The notes under the pieces are model-generated. The model made no database searches, had not been told where the DNA came from, and saw nothing but the letters and a program-made list of their open reading frames with translations. From assembly GCA_041664165.1 (NCBI GenBank), contig JBAYLH010000001.1:73469-137468 (forward strand): a DNA stretch of 64,000 nt, in the 5' to 3' direction. Of this stretch, positions 17,783 to 27,412 are shown one piece after another. Within the stretch, counting starts at the first letter, position 1, and each line of letters opens with the position of its first letter. The DNA comes from Candidatus Buchananbacteria bacterium (GTDB lineage: Bacteria > Patescibacteriota > Patescibacteriia > Buchananbacterales > UBA6539). The position numbers and the translations under genes are program-made.

Positions 17783-17874
17783 TGGTAATGGGACACGGAT
17801 CAAATAAATTAAACGGATTTGCACGAATCTAATCCGTGCCAATCTATCTCATCCGTGTTTATCCGCGTTCTATT
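17783..17874. repeat. 92-bp direct repeat, copy 2
   Basis: Identical by eye to 17314-17405. Confidence 0.95.
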
Positions 17875-17932
17875 TAATTTAATAATAAAAACGCACTTTT
17901 GATGCGCTATGTTGATTAAATTTAAATTTTAA

Positions 17933-19192
17933 TTAAGTGCCGACTTCCCAGCTCGCCAGATACTTTTTCTGTTCTTTTGTTAACTTATCAATATCGACAC
18001 CGGCTGATTTCAATTTCGCCGCCGCAATCCAATTTTCAATTGCTTCCGGAATATAATAAACTTTATTTTCCAGCTTCTGATAATTTTTAACTACGTATTC
18101 AGTGGCCAAAGCCTGAGTAGCAAAACTCATATCCATTACTGACGCCGGGTGGCCTTCGGCCGCGGCCAGATTAATCAAGCGGCCTTCGCCTAACAAATAA
18201 ACTCTCTTGCTGCCGCTCAAAGTATATTCATCGACAAAATTTCGGACATTCTTTTTTATTTTCTTGGCCATTTTTTTCAAGGCCACAATATCAATTTCGA
18301 CGTCAAAATGGCCGGAGTTGCAGACCATCGCGCCGTCTTTCATTTTAGCAAAATGTTCTTTCCTAATAACCCGGATATCACCGGTTAAAGTGCAAAATAA
18401 ATCACCAATGGCGGCGGCTTTACTCATCGGCAAAACGCGAAAACCGTCCATCATTGCTTCAATGGCCTTAATCGGATCAACTTCGGTAACAATAACATTG
18501 GCACCCATGCCGCGCGCCCGGCTGGCAAAACCCCGGCCGCACCAGCCGTAGCCGGCCACGACCACATTTTTGCCGGCGACTAAGATGTCAGTCGCCCGGA
18601 TAATTCCGTCTAAAGTTGATTGGCCTGTGCCATAACGGTTATCAAATAAATTTTTTGTTTTGGCGTCATTAACGGCGACAATCGGCACCAAAAGTTTGCC
18701 CGATCGTTCTAAAGCTTTAAGCCGAATCACACCCGTCGTCGTTTCTTCCATTGAACCTTTAACCTTGGCGGCCTGATTTTTATATTTGGTGTGAAGCAAC
18801 GACAATAAATCCGCGCCGTCGTCCATAGTCACTTCCGGCTGATGTTTAATCGCCGCTACCAGATTGCCATAATAACTTTCTTTATCTTCGCCGCATTTGG
18901 CAAAAACTGAAATACCATATTCTTTAACCAAAGCCGCCGCCACGTCATCTTGGGTTGATAAAGGATTTGACGCCACTAAAACCACGTCAGCCCCGCCGGC
19001 TTTCAGCGTTCGGACTAAATTAGCGGTTTCACAGGTTACGTGAAGGCAGCAAGAAACTTTTAAACCCTTAAGCGGCTTATTTTTAGCAAACCGTTTTTTA
19101 ATTTCACCTAAAACCGGCATATCGTGTTCCGCCCATTCAATCCGTTTTTTGCCTTCAGGAGCTAGTTTTATATTTTTGACGTCGTATTTCAT
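17933..19192 (-). CDS. ahcY: Adenosylhomocysteinase
   Basis: [36 protein letters not shown]. Confidence 0.98.
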   Translation of the reverse strand: MKYDVKNIKLAPEGKKRIEWAEHDMPVLGEIKKRFAKNKPLKGLKVSCCLHVTCETANLVRTLKAGGADVVLVASNPLSTQDDVAAALVKEYGISVFAKCGEDKESYYGNLVAAIKHQPEVTMDDGADLLSLLHTKYKNQAAKVKGSMEETTTGVIRLKALERSGKLLVPIVAVNDAKTKNLFDNRYGTGQSTLDGIIRATDILVAGKNVVVAGYGWCGRGFASRARGMGANVIVTEVDPIKAIEAMMDGFRVLPMSKAAAIGDLFCTLTGDIRVIRKEHFAKMKDGAMVCNSGHFDVEIDIVALKKMAKKIKKNVRNFVDEYTLSGSKRVYLLGEGRLINLAAAEGHPASVMDMSFATQALATEYVVKNYQKLENKVYYIPEAIENWIAAAKLKSAGVDIDKLTKEQKKYLASWEVGT

Positions 19193-19214
19193 AAGGATAA
19201 TGCTAATTTATTTA

Positions 19215-20165
19215 TTATAGCTGCTCTCCAAAATTTTGTCGATACCGCTTTTTTAAATCCGGCCAGGTAAACCGATGCGTCTGCGTCCCATATTTTTCGA
19301 CCGTATAAACCGAAATTAAACCAGCAAAGCGGCCAACTTTTCCTAGCGGCCAATTCTTCAGCCAGCCATAAATTAAGCCAGCCCGATAAGCATCACCAGC
19401 TCCGGTCGGGTCAGAAGTGTTCCGTGGTCTAGCTGGCGGGATTTTATAAACCTTGTCACCTTGCTTAATGATTGAACCTTTCTCGCCGAGCGTGGTAACT
19501 AAAATTCCGGTTTTTTTAACTAATACACCATTGATCCAGCCAGTTTTTTTACTGATCAGATTAATTTCATAGTCATTGCCGATTAAAACCTGGCTGCCCA
19601 AAATTGCTTTTTTAAGCTGATTGCCCGAAAGCGAAGTAGTCTGCTGGCCGGGGTCAAAGATATAAGGGATTTTTCGCTGTTTAAAAAGTTTAGGAAAATT
19701 GACCATGTCAATCGGATTTTGAGGAGATATAATCGCAATGTCAGCTTTTAGGTTATAGGTTTTAGGTTTTAGTCGCTTGGTGAGTGGGGTTGACATGGCG
19801 CCGGGATAAAAACCGGCGATTTGATTATCCGCCTGATCAGTGATGATATAAGCGCTGGCCGTATGTTGGCCGGGTAAAATTTTAGTTTGGCTCAAATCAA
19901 TATTATTCTTTTTCAGCCAGGCTTGGTATAAAGCGAAGTCTTTAGCACCAACATTAGTCAAGATTGTCGGCCTTAAACCAACTAAGGCTAAATTGTAAGC
20001 AATGTTACCGGCGGTACCGCCGAAACTTTCTTTTAGCTCTTTGACTAAAAAAGAGACATTTAAAATATGAATTTTTTCCGGCAAAATCTGATCCTTAAAA
20101 TGCCCAGGGAAATCCATAATCCGGTCATAGGCAATGCTACCAGTAACTAATACTTTTTTGATCAT
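19215..20165 (-). CDS. PfkB-family kinase, adenosine/nucleoside kinase-like
   Basis: GSIAYDRIM, FGGTAGNIAY, DPTGAGDAYRAG. Confidence 0.9.
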   Translation of the reverse strand: MIKKVLVTGSIAYDRIMDFPGHFKDQILPEKIHILNVSFLVKELKESFGGTAGNIAYNLALVGLRPTILTNVGAKDFALYQAWLKKNNIDLSQTKILPGQHTASAYIITDQADNQIAGFYPGAMSTPLTKRLKPKTYNLKADIAIISPQNPIDMVNFPKLFKQRKIPYIFDPGQQTTSLSGNQLKKAILGSQVLIGNDYEINLISKKTGWINGVLVKKTGILVTTLGEKGSIIKQGDKVYKIPPARPRNTSDPTGAGDAYRAGLIYGWLKNWPLGKVGRFAGLISVYTVEKYGTQTHRFTWPDLKKRYRQNFGEQL

Positions 20166-20503
20166 AATTTATTAAATCCTTCAAAATGAATTTTATCGTC
20201 ATTAAAAACTTCAACTACTTTATGTTTTCCTTTAGTGTAAGCTTTATCGTTGTCTAAAAAATGACTCGCTTCTAAAATAATTACACTGGCTTTTGTCCGA
20301 GACAAAACACTATCTCCCTTTGTTGCCAATAAAGGAATTTCACCAAATAGCCAGTAGTTTCTCTGACCGGACTTTAAAAAAGGATAAATTCTCCCCACTT
20401 CCAGATTCGCCGGAATACATTCTTCTTCTTTTCTGTTTCCAGCTTTAAATTCAGAGATATTTCTTAAGGCCAGGTCTGGATTGTATTCAACTTGGATACC
20501 CAT
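20162..20503 (-). CDS. Hypothetical protein
   Basis: 113 aa; stop overlaps the PfkB start. Confidence 0.75.
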   Translation of the reverse strand: MGIQVEYNPDLALRNISEFKAGNRKEEECIPANLEVGRIYPFLKSGQRNYWLFGEIPLLATKGDSVLSRTKASVIILEASHFLDNDKAYTKGKHKVVEVFNDDKIHFEGFNKL

Positions 20504-20516
20504 ATAAGCTTTTTCT

Positions 20517-20632
20517 TGTCATTCCCACCCCGCATCAGGTGCGGGGTAAACTCCAGCGGGAATCTAGGAGTATTAATTAAGCTACTGGATCCCGCATCAA
20601 ATATGCTTATACCAGACAAGTGCGGGATGACA
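20517..20632. repeat. RPE/dRS3-like palindromic element with nested insertions
   Basis: tgtcattccc...gcgggaatctag ... ctggatcccgcatcaa...gtgcgggatgaca. Confidence 0.75.
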
Positions 20633-20682
20633 AACCAGGATTAAACTTTAACTTCCGTCGTTATGCCTTAACAATTACGATC

Positions 20683-21453
20683 TTAAAATTTAATTTTAGG
20701 AATGACTTCTAACAAAAGTTTTTTGACGTTATCAACATTTTTACTAAAAATGTCTAAAATTTCTTCCCAAGTGACTGGTTTTTCATCTTCTTTCCAACAG
20801 TCATAATCAGTTGACATCGCAATCGCAGCATAAGGAATATTAACTTCGTTAGCTAAAATCGCTTCCGGCGCGATGCTCATATTAATCACATCGCCGCCCC
20901 AACCGCGAAACATGTGCGATTCCGCCCGGGTGGAAAACCGCGGCCCTTCAATTGTAACTACTGTCCCCTTTTTGTGGTGACTGAGATTCAAATTTTTACA
21001 AGCCTCGATTAATAACTTTCTTAGTCCGGCGGAAAACGGATCGGCCATGGCCGTATGTTTAGCATTACCAGCACCACCAGGAAATTCTTCAAAAAAAGTA
21101 ATCGGCCGGTGCCGGGTAAAATCAATAAACTGGTCCAAAATAATTAAATCACCCCGCTTAATTTCTTCCTTTAAGCTACCACAAGCTGTGGTCGCTAAAA
21201 TATGAGTACAACCTTGATCTTTTAAAGCGGCAATGTTACCCCGGAAATTGACCGCTGTTGGCGGAATCTTATGTTCCCGGCCGTGTCGGGCGATAATACA
21301 AACATCAACTCCTTTTAGTTTGCCAGCGGTTAAAATCGAAGTTGGCTTGCCAAAAGGGGTATCAACTTCCAGTTCTTCAAAATCATCCAATAATTTCGGA
21401 TCATCAAGACCGGACCCGCCGATAATGCCAATTTTTATTGCTTGGTTAGACAT
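20683..21453 (-). CDS. mtnP: S-methyl-5'-thioadenosine phosphorylase
   Basis: IGIIGGSG, RHG, EGPRFSTRAES, TDYDCW. Confidence 0.93.
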   Translation of the reverse strand: MSNQAIKIGIIGGSGLDDPKLLDDFEELEVDTPFGKPTSILTAGKLKGVDVCIIARHGREHKIPPTAVNFRGNIAALKDQGCTHILATTACGSLKEEIKRGDLIILDQFIDFTRHRPITFFEEFPGGAGNAKHTAMADPFSAGLRKLLIEACKNLNLSHHKKGTVVTIEGPRFSTRAESHMFRGWGGDVINMSIAPEAILANEVNIPYAAIAMSTDYDCWKEDEKPVTWEEILDIFSKNVDNVKKLLLEVIPKIKF

Positions 21454-21517
21454 AGAAATAGCTTTTAGCTGTTAGCTTATAGCGATTAGAAATTTCTAAA
21501 AGCTATAAACCCACAAA

Positions 21518-22063
21518 CTATTTTATTTCTTCGTTATTATAATCAATCAAATAGTGAACTGGAAAACCTTGCTCCTGCAACTTAACTAACCCTGGTAAAA
21601 ATGACAAATTAATAATGAAATCAATCCCGACAATTTCACCACCCAGCTGCTTGACTAAATCAATCGTGGCTAGCATCGTGCCGCCGGTGGCTAACAAATC
21701 ATCGGCAATAATTACTTTTTCGCCCGGCTTAATCGTGTCTTCGTGCATTTCAATAATATCCGACCCGTATTCTTTTTCGTAGCTGGCTTGTTTAGTCTTA
21801 TGCGGCAACTTGCCTTTCTTTCTGACCACCGAAATTCCAGCCCCTAATTTGTAAGCCATGGTTGAAGCCAGTAAAAACCCCCGAGCGTCAATGCCGATAA
21901 CTTTATCAATTTTTTGGCCAACATAAGGTTGGCACAGTTCATCAATCATTTTTTTAAAACACTCGGCATCTTCAAAAAGCGTCGTCACGTCATAAAATAA
22001 AATCCCAGCTTTGGGAAAATTGGGAATTTTTCTGATTCTTTGGTCTAAATAAGCTTTATCCAT
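21518..22063 (-). CDS. apt: Adenine phosphoribosyltransferase
   Basis: FPKAGILFYD, RKKGKLP, DDLLATGGT. Confidence 0.96.
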   Translation of the reverse strand: MDKAYLDQRIRKIPNFPKAGILFYDVTTLFEDAECFKKMIDELCQPYVGQKIDKVIGIDARGFLLASTMAYKLGAGISVVRKKGKLPHKTKQASYEKEYGSDIIEMHEDTIKPGEKVIIADDLLATGGTMLATIDLVKQLGGEIVGIDFIINLSFLPGLVKLQEQGFPVHYLIDYNNEEIK

Positions 22064-22186
22064 AATTTTGTAATTATTGCTTAATTAACATAATTATTAT
22101 AGTCGTTTAACGCCAAAAATTCAACCCCACCAAAAAATCGCCTATTCGGCGATTTTTTAAAATTATTTTTGGAATTTCTTTTTTAC

Positions 22187-23053
22187 TTATTGATTTTCTT
22201 CTGTCTCTAACTCACTCTTCAATGCAATGGCTTCCTTTGCTTGCTTTAGACGATCGGGAAAAACACAATAACCGGTTACTGAAAATAATTTATCGGCTTT
22301 TTCTGCCCGATTTTGCCTGACTAAAACTACATAATTAGGAATATTAGTCCCATAAACGGTTCCATCATGGCGAGAGTCTTTAATCCATTCGCTATCTTGA
22401 CCGGCAATCTCGTCGCTATGTATTCTTCCTTTACGGAGACTGACATTTTGAAAATAGGCCTGATAATCAGGATCTTGAGGACTTAATTCTTGTTCTGCTC
22501 CGACTGCTGATTTAAGCAACTCAACATCTCTTTCTTCTAACCCTGACAAGACGTGAAAATCGATGGCAGCATTACCGCCAACATCCCCGACCACTTTATT
22601 TCTAAGATGAAGATTTCTATCCTGTTTTAATTCTTCAGGAGTTAAGACTTTTTCTGTATGTTCGCCCCGGACTATTTTGCCGCCTCTGACTTGAACTTCC
22701 AAAAAACCAGGATGATAGCGAGAATCAAGTTTCATTCCAGGATCTTTTACCAACCGGTTTGCCATTTCTACGCCAACCGCTGATAAAGTCAGCCAATCAG
22801 CAATTTTTTTAATACTATCGCGATTGGAACGCATCTCCGTTAAAACGCTGGAACATCCTTCTGGATTAAAACCGCCTTGATCGCCGGTTATTGATTGCTG
22901 TTTTTTTTCAATTTCTTGCCATAAAGCACGCCGCCGTTTCTGATCATCGGGCGACCAATCTCCCAAATTTTCTTCAATTTTTTTTAGGATACCCCGAGAA
23001 CTGCTCTCATCTTGTTCTGGGTCTTGAATTACTTCCGGACTCAGTTTTCGCAT
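22187..23053 (-). CDS. Hypothetical protein
   Basis: 288-aa charged ORF with no recognised motif. Confidence 0.75.
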   Translation of the reverse strand: MRKLSPEVIQDPEQDESSSRGILKKIEENLGDWSPDDQKRRRALWQEIEKKQQSITGDQGGFNPEGCSSVLTEMRSNRDSIKKIADWLTLSAVGVEMANRLVKDPGMKLDSRYHPGFLEVQVRGGKIVRGEHTEKVLTPEELKQDRNLHLRNKVVGDVGGNAAIDFHVLSGLEERDVELLKSAVGAEQELSPQDPDYQAYFQNVSLRKGRIHSDEIAGQDSEWIKDSRHDGTVYGTNIPNYVVLVRQNRAEKADKLFSVTGYCVFPDRLKQAKEAIALKSELETEENQ

Positions 23054-23133
23054 ATTTTTTAATTAGGTATTTATTATCTATACTATTTTAGCATAATTTA
23101 GTAAAAAAATCAATGGTTGTGGCACCAGGCGCT

Positions 23134-23175
23134 AAAAAAACCAGCCCCGCCGCTCACAAGCGGCGGGGCTGGTTT
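23134..23175 (-). terminator. Strong terminator after glnA
   Basis: aaaccagccccgccgct / agcggcggggctggttt with minus-strand T tract. Confidence 0.9.
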
Positions 23176-23187
23176 GTATTCTCGATA

Positions 23188-24513
23188 TTACAAATCTAAA
23201 TATCTTTTTAGTTCTCTAGGCGTTACCTCCGTTTTTTGCTCTTCAATTTCAATTTGTTTAGCGCTGATAAATCTATCTAGGGTATGTTGAGTAATAGCGC
23301 CCTTAACCACTTCATCTTTATTTAATTCACTAATCGCTTCTGGCAGTGAACCCGGCAAACTGGATATTTTTAGCTCTTGCTTTCTGTTATCATCTAAATG
23401 ATAAATATCTTCCTCGATGGCCGGCGATAACGGCATATCTTTTTCAATGGCATCGAGTCCCGCCGCCAAGATCGCGGCAAAGGCCAAATAAGGATTGCAC
23501 GACGGATCTGGGGATCGGAGTTCGACTCTGGTTGATTGCTCACGGCCCGGCGTAAACCGCGGAATTCGGATCAGTGCTGACCGATTCATTTGAGCCCAGC
23601 AGATATTGACCGGGGCTTCATAGCCAGGTATCAGTCTCTTAAAAGAATTAGTAGTCGGATTGGTCAAGGCAGTAAAACCTCGGCTATGATGCAGTAAACC
23701 AGCAATAAACTGATAAGCGATTTTTGACAGCTTATAGCCATTGTTGTCTTCATAAAACAAATTATTGCCTTTTAAATCAAACAGGCTTAAATGCACGTGC
23801 ATACCTGATCCGTTTATGCCACCAAATGGTTTTGGCATAAATGTCGCATTGATACCATAACTTTGGGCAATTGCTTTGATGGTAGTTTTTAGAGTTATGA
23901 TATTATCTGCCGTATTTAAGGCATCGGCATAACGAAAATCAATTTCATGCTGCCCTGCTGCAACTTCATGATGACCGGCCTCAATTTTTATATTTAATTC
24001 AGATGAAGCTTTGATTACATCCTCCCTGATTTTTGAGGCGACATCGAAAGGAGAAAAATCAAAATAGCCGCCATAATCATGGGGAACAGGTGCCATACTG
24101 CTATCTTTTTGCAAAAGAAAAAATTCCAGTTCTGCCCCAACGTTCAAAATCAATCCTTTATCTTCGGCTTTTTTCATCATCTGTTTTAAAATGTAACGCG
24201 GATCGCCGATGAATGGTTTTAAGTCTGGACCATAAACATCACAAATTATTCTAGCAGCTTTATTTTCTTTTAAACTCCAAGGCAAAGTGCAGTAAGTTTT
24301 TACATCTGGCATCAGTAGCTGATCACTTTCGGCAATTCTGGCAAACCCCTCAATCGAGGAACCGTCAAACCAGATGCCTTTTTCCAAAGCGCCGGACAAT
24401 TGTTCGGTTGGGATTACAACATCTTTGGGTATACCCAAGATGTCGGTAAACTGCAGATGAATGTACTTAACGTTATCTTTATTTACCTTTTCTAAAAGTG
24501 TTTCTTTGCTCAT
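23188..24513 (-). CDS. glnA: Glutamine synthetase type I
   Basis: FDGSSIEGF, HHEVAAGQHEI, FMPKP..GINGSGMHVH, ELRSPD; ATG 24513 (MSKETLL) preferred over TTG 24543. Confidence 0.97.
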   Translation of the reverse strand: MSKETLLEKVNKDNVKYIHLQFTDILGIPKDVVIPTEQLSGALEKGIWFDGSSIEGFARIAESDQLLMPDVKTYCTLPWSLKENKAARIICDVYGPDLKPFIGDPRYILKQMMKKAEDKGLILNVGAELEFFLLQKDSSMAPVPHDYGGYFDFSPFDVASKIREDVIKASSELNIKIEAGHHEVAAGQHEIDFRYADALNTADNIITLKTTIKAIAQSYGINATFMPKPFGGINGSGMHVHLSLFDLKGNNLFYEDNNGYKLSKIAYQFIAGLLHHSRGFTALTNPTTNSFKRLIPGYEAPVNICWAQMNRSALIRIPRFTPGREQSTRVELRSPDPSCNPYLAFAAILAAGLDAIEKDMPLSPAIEEDIYHLDDNRKQELKISSLPGSLPEAISELNKDEVVKGAITQHTLDRFISAKQIEIEEQKTEVTPRELKRYLDL

Positions 24514-24544
24514 AGTTAATTTTTTTGTTAAGTTTAAAATCAAA

Positions 24545-24610
24545 CAAAAAAGGCGTCAAAAATTATTTTGGACGTCTTTGTCGAGTCTTTTTAGTACGCC
24601 TTTGTACTAA
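24545..24610 (-). promoter_or_regulatory. ANTAR-responsive two-hairpin leader with overlapping terminator
   Basis: P1 ttagtac-AAAGGC-gtactaa, P2 gac-AAAGAC-gtc; P2 overlaps the terminator agacgtc...gacgcctttttt. Confidence 0.9.
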
Positions 24611-24652
24611 TCATAGTGTAGCACAAACCAAAAAAAAGTCAACTGTGGATAT

Positions 24653-25360
24653 TTAAGCCATAACATCCTGGGCTAAAATAATGGCTTCGGCTACTTCTTT
24701 GAGCGATTTTCGTTTATCCATGCTCTTTTTAACCAAAAGCCGATGAGCCTCTTGCTCGGTTAAGCCGCCGGCTTTAATCAAAATTGCTTTAGCCTTATTG
24801 ATAATTTTTTGGGTTTCCAACGCTTCTTTCAAAACATTAGTTTCGGAAATCAGTCGAGACACTTCCAAAATTCCGCCAATTTGTTTGGCAATCGTTTCTA
24901 AAAAATTAATTTCTTTTCTTGGATATCTTTTTGATTTTTTATGCTGAACATTAATTACGCCGATGACATGATTACGAAAAATTATCGGCACCGATAAAAA
25001 CCCTTCAAATTTGTCTTCCGGCAAACTGGAAAAAAGCTTAAAGCGCTTATCTTCATAAGCTTTTTTGGAAATGGCGACTGACTTTTTCGTTTCCGCTACC
25101 CAGCCGGTAATGCCTTCGCCGACTTTCATTTTAACTCGGGAGAGATTAGAGTGATGGGGATTTTGGGACGCTTTCAAAATTACCTCTTCGCCGGAAATCA
25201 AATAAATGAAGCAGGAATCAGCTTTGGTAATTTTGCCGATAATTTTAGCGATGTTATCCAAAATTTCCCGCAAATCAAAGTTGTTGCTGGCGGTTTCAAT
25301 AATTTCCTGCAAAATCAATAAATTATTTTTGACGTCTAAATTTTGATTTTTGGTGGCCAT
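24653..25360 (-). CDS. GAF-ANTAR RNA-binding antiterminator
   Basis: GAF (GEGITGWVA, FLSVPI, GVINVQ) plus ANTAR (INKAKAIL..LTEQEAHRLL..SMDKRKSLKEVAEAI). Confidence 0.93.
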   Translation of the reverse strand: MATKNQNLDVKNNLLILQEIIETASNNFDLREILDNIAKIIGKITKADSCFIYLISGEEVILKASQNPHHSNLSRVKMKVGEGITGWVAETKKSVAISKKAYEDKRFKLFSSLPEDKFEGFLSVPIIFRNHVIGVINVQHKKSKRYPRKEINFLETIAKQIGGILEVSRLISETNVLKEALETQKIINKAKAILIKAGGLTEQEAHRLLVKKSMDKRKSLKEVAEAIILAQDVMA

Positions 25361-25362
25361 AA

Positions 25363-26283
25363 TTATTTTCCCTTAAACCAATCGGCGGTCTTTTTAATCC
25401 CCTCTTCTAACTTAACTTCCGGCTGCCAACCTAACTCTTTTTTAATTTTGCCAGAGTCAAGACAGCTTCTTTGCTGTTCAACGGCTTTGGCCTCGCCGTG
25501 GGTAAATTCTAAGTCCGTTTTAAAATTACCTTTGATTAAATCAGCCAATTGATTAACATCGGTTTCAATGCCGGTACCGACATTATAGATGACATTACTA
25601 GCTTTATCTAAAGCAAGCAGATTGGCCCAAACCACATCGCTGACATAAGTATAATCCCGGGTTTGTTTGCCGTCGCCGTTAATTACTGGCACTTGACCAG
25701 CCAATAATTTATCACAAAAAATTGCCACCACCCCGGCTTCGCCTTTGGCATTTTGCCGCGGACCATAGACATTGGCATAGCGTAAAATTACATAAGCCAA
25801 GCCAAAAATTTCTTGGTAATAATATAAATATTTCTCAATGGCTAGTTTCGCAATGCCATAAGGCGAAAGCGGCTGTTCGGCGTGATTTTCTTTAGTCGGG
25901 ATATCGGTTGTATCGCCATAAATTGCCCCGCCGGTTGAAGCAAAGATAAATTTTTTAACCCCAAAATTTTTGCAGTTTTCTAAAAGATTAAGCGAACCCA
26001 AGATGTTTTGGTTGGCATCCCAAACCGGATTTTCCGCCGATTTGCGAACATCAATTTGGGCGGCAAAATGAAAAACTACTTCCGGTTTTTCAATCGCAAA
26101 AATATCAGCCAATTTTTGATCGGTAATATCTAAATTAAAAAATTTAGCTTGGGGGTTTAAATTTTCTTTAAATCCAGTCGCCAGATTATCAATTACTAAA
26201 ACTTCATGATTTTTGGCAATCAAGGCATCAGTAAGATTACTCCCGATAAACCCGGCACCACCTGTTACCAAAATTTTACTCAT
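25363..26283 (-). CDS. NAD-dependent epimerase (GalE-like)
   Basis: [22 protein letters not shown]. Confidence 0.93.
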   Translation of the reverse strand: MSKILVTGGAGFIGSNLTDALIAKNHEVLVIDNLATGFKENLNPQAKFFNLDITDQKLADIFAIEKPEVVFHFAAQIDVRKSAENPVWDANQNILGSLNLLENCKNFGVKKFIFASTGGAIYGDTTDIPTKENHAEQPLSPYGIAKLAIEKYLYYYQEIFGLAYVILRYANVYGPRQNAKGEAGVVAIFCDKLLAGQVPVINGDGKQTRDYTYVSDVVWANLLALDKASNVIYNVGTGIETDVNQLADLIKGNFKTDLEFTHGEAKAVEQQRSCLDSGKIKKELGWQPEVKLEEGIKKTADWFKGK

Positions 26284-26438
26284 ATACTAATTTTAAAGTA
26301 ATAAAACATAATTAGCTAATAATCATTTAATTGATCCAACAGGTGTGCGGGTAAATTTGGTAATTAAGTTTTCAGCGAGATAAGCGAGATAAGTTAGGTC
26401 TTGTACTTATCTTGCTAAAAACTTAAAACTTATCTTGC

Positions 26439-27368
26439 TCAAATTACTTGTTTAAAATATTCTATTGTCTTGTCTAACCCTTCATCTAATTTAACACTGG
26501 GCTGCCAAGTCAAATTTTGTTTCGCCAAACTGATGTCTGGCCGACGCTGTTTGGGGTCATCGGCCGGCAAAGGCTGATAAACCAATTTACTCGTACTGCC
26601 GGTTTTTGTCAATATTTTTTCGGCTAATTCATTCATGGTAAATTCTTCGGGATTGCCTAAATTAACCGGGCCAGTCCAACCATCGGAATTCATCATTTGA
26701 TATAAGCCTAAAACCATATCAGAAACATAGCAAAAAGACCGGGTCTGCTTGCCGTCGCCGTAAATTGTCATCGCCTCCCCCTTGAGAGCCTGGGTGATAA
26801 AATTAGAAACTAATCGGCCATCATCCCAAGACATATTCGGGCCATAAGTGTTAAAAATCCGGACGACTTTAATGGGAATTTTTGCTTCCCGGTGGTAGTC
26901 AAAAAATAAAGTCTCGGCACAACGCTTGCCTTCGTCGTAACAGGCTCGCGGACCGATCGGATTAACATTACCATGATAGCTTTCCGGCTGAGGATGAACT
27001 TCCGGGTCGCCGTAAACTTCCGAAGTCGAAGCCTGCAAAACCTTAATCCCGCCTAATTTTTTTGATAACTCTAAACAATTAATCGCCCCCAAGACACTAG
27101 TTTTAACCGTTTCAACTGGCGTTTTTTGGTAATGAACCGGTGATGCCGGACAAGCTAAGTTATAAATCTGATCGACTTTAACTTTGAAGGGTTCGGTAAT
27201 GTCATGTTTCAAAAGCGTAAATTTCCGATTATTTAAAAAAGGCTGGATATTTCTTTTTTGGCCAGTAAAAAAATTATCAAGACAAACGACTTGATTACCT
27301 TTATCTAATAAAAATTGGCAGAGGTGTGAACCGATGAAGCCGGCTCCGCCGGTAACGAGTATGCGCAT
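26439..27368 (-). CDS. UDP-glucuronate decarboxylase (UXS-like SDR)
   Basis: [37 protein letters not shown]. Confidence 0.93.
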   Translation of the reverse strand: MRILVTGGAGFIGSHLCQFLLDKGNQVVCLDNFFTGQKRNIQPFLNNRKFTLLKHDITEPFKVKVDQIYNLACPASPVHYQKTPVETVKTSVLGAINCLELSKKLGGIKVLQASTSEVYGDPEVHPQPESYHGNVNPIGPRACYDEGKRCAETLFFDYHREAKIPIKVVRIFNTYGPNMSWDDGRLVSNFITQALKGEAMTIYGDGKQTRSFCYVSDMVLGLYQMMNSDGWTGPVNLGNPEEFTMNELAEKILTKTGSTSKLVYQPLPADDPKQRRPDISLAKQNLTWQPSVKLDEGLDKTIEYFKQVI

Positions 27369-27412
27369 AAATTTATACCTAAGTCTGCAGCAAAATAAGC
27401 AACTTATCTCGC

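Noticed and set aside
17314-17874. IS element or CRISPR at the GxxExxY repeats
   Set aside because: Only two long direct copies, no terminal inverted repeats and no transposase motifs
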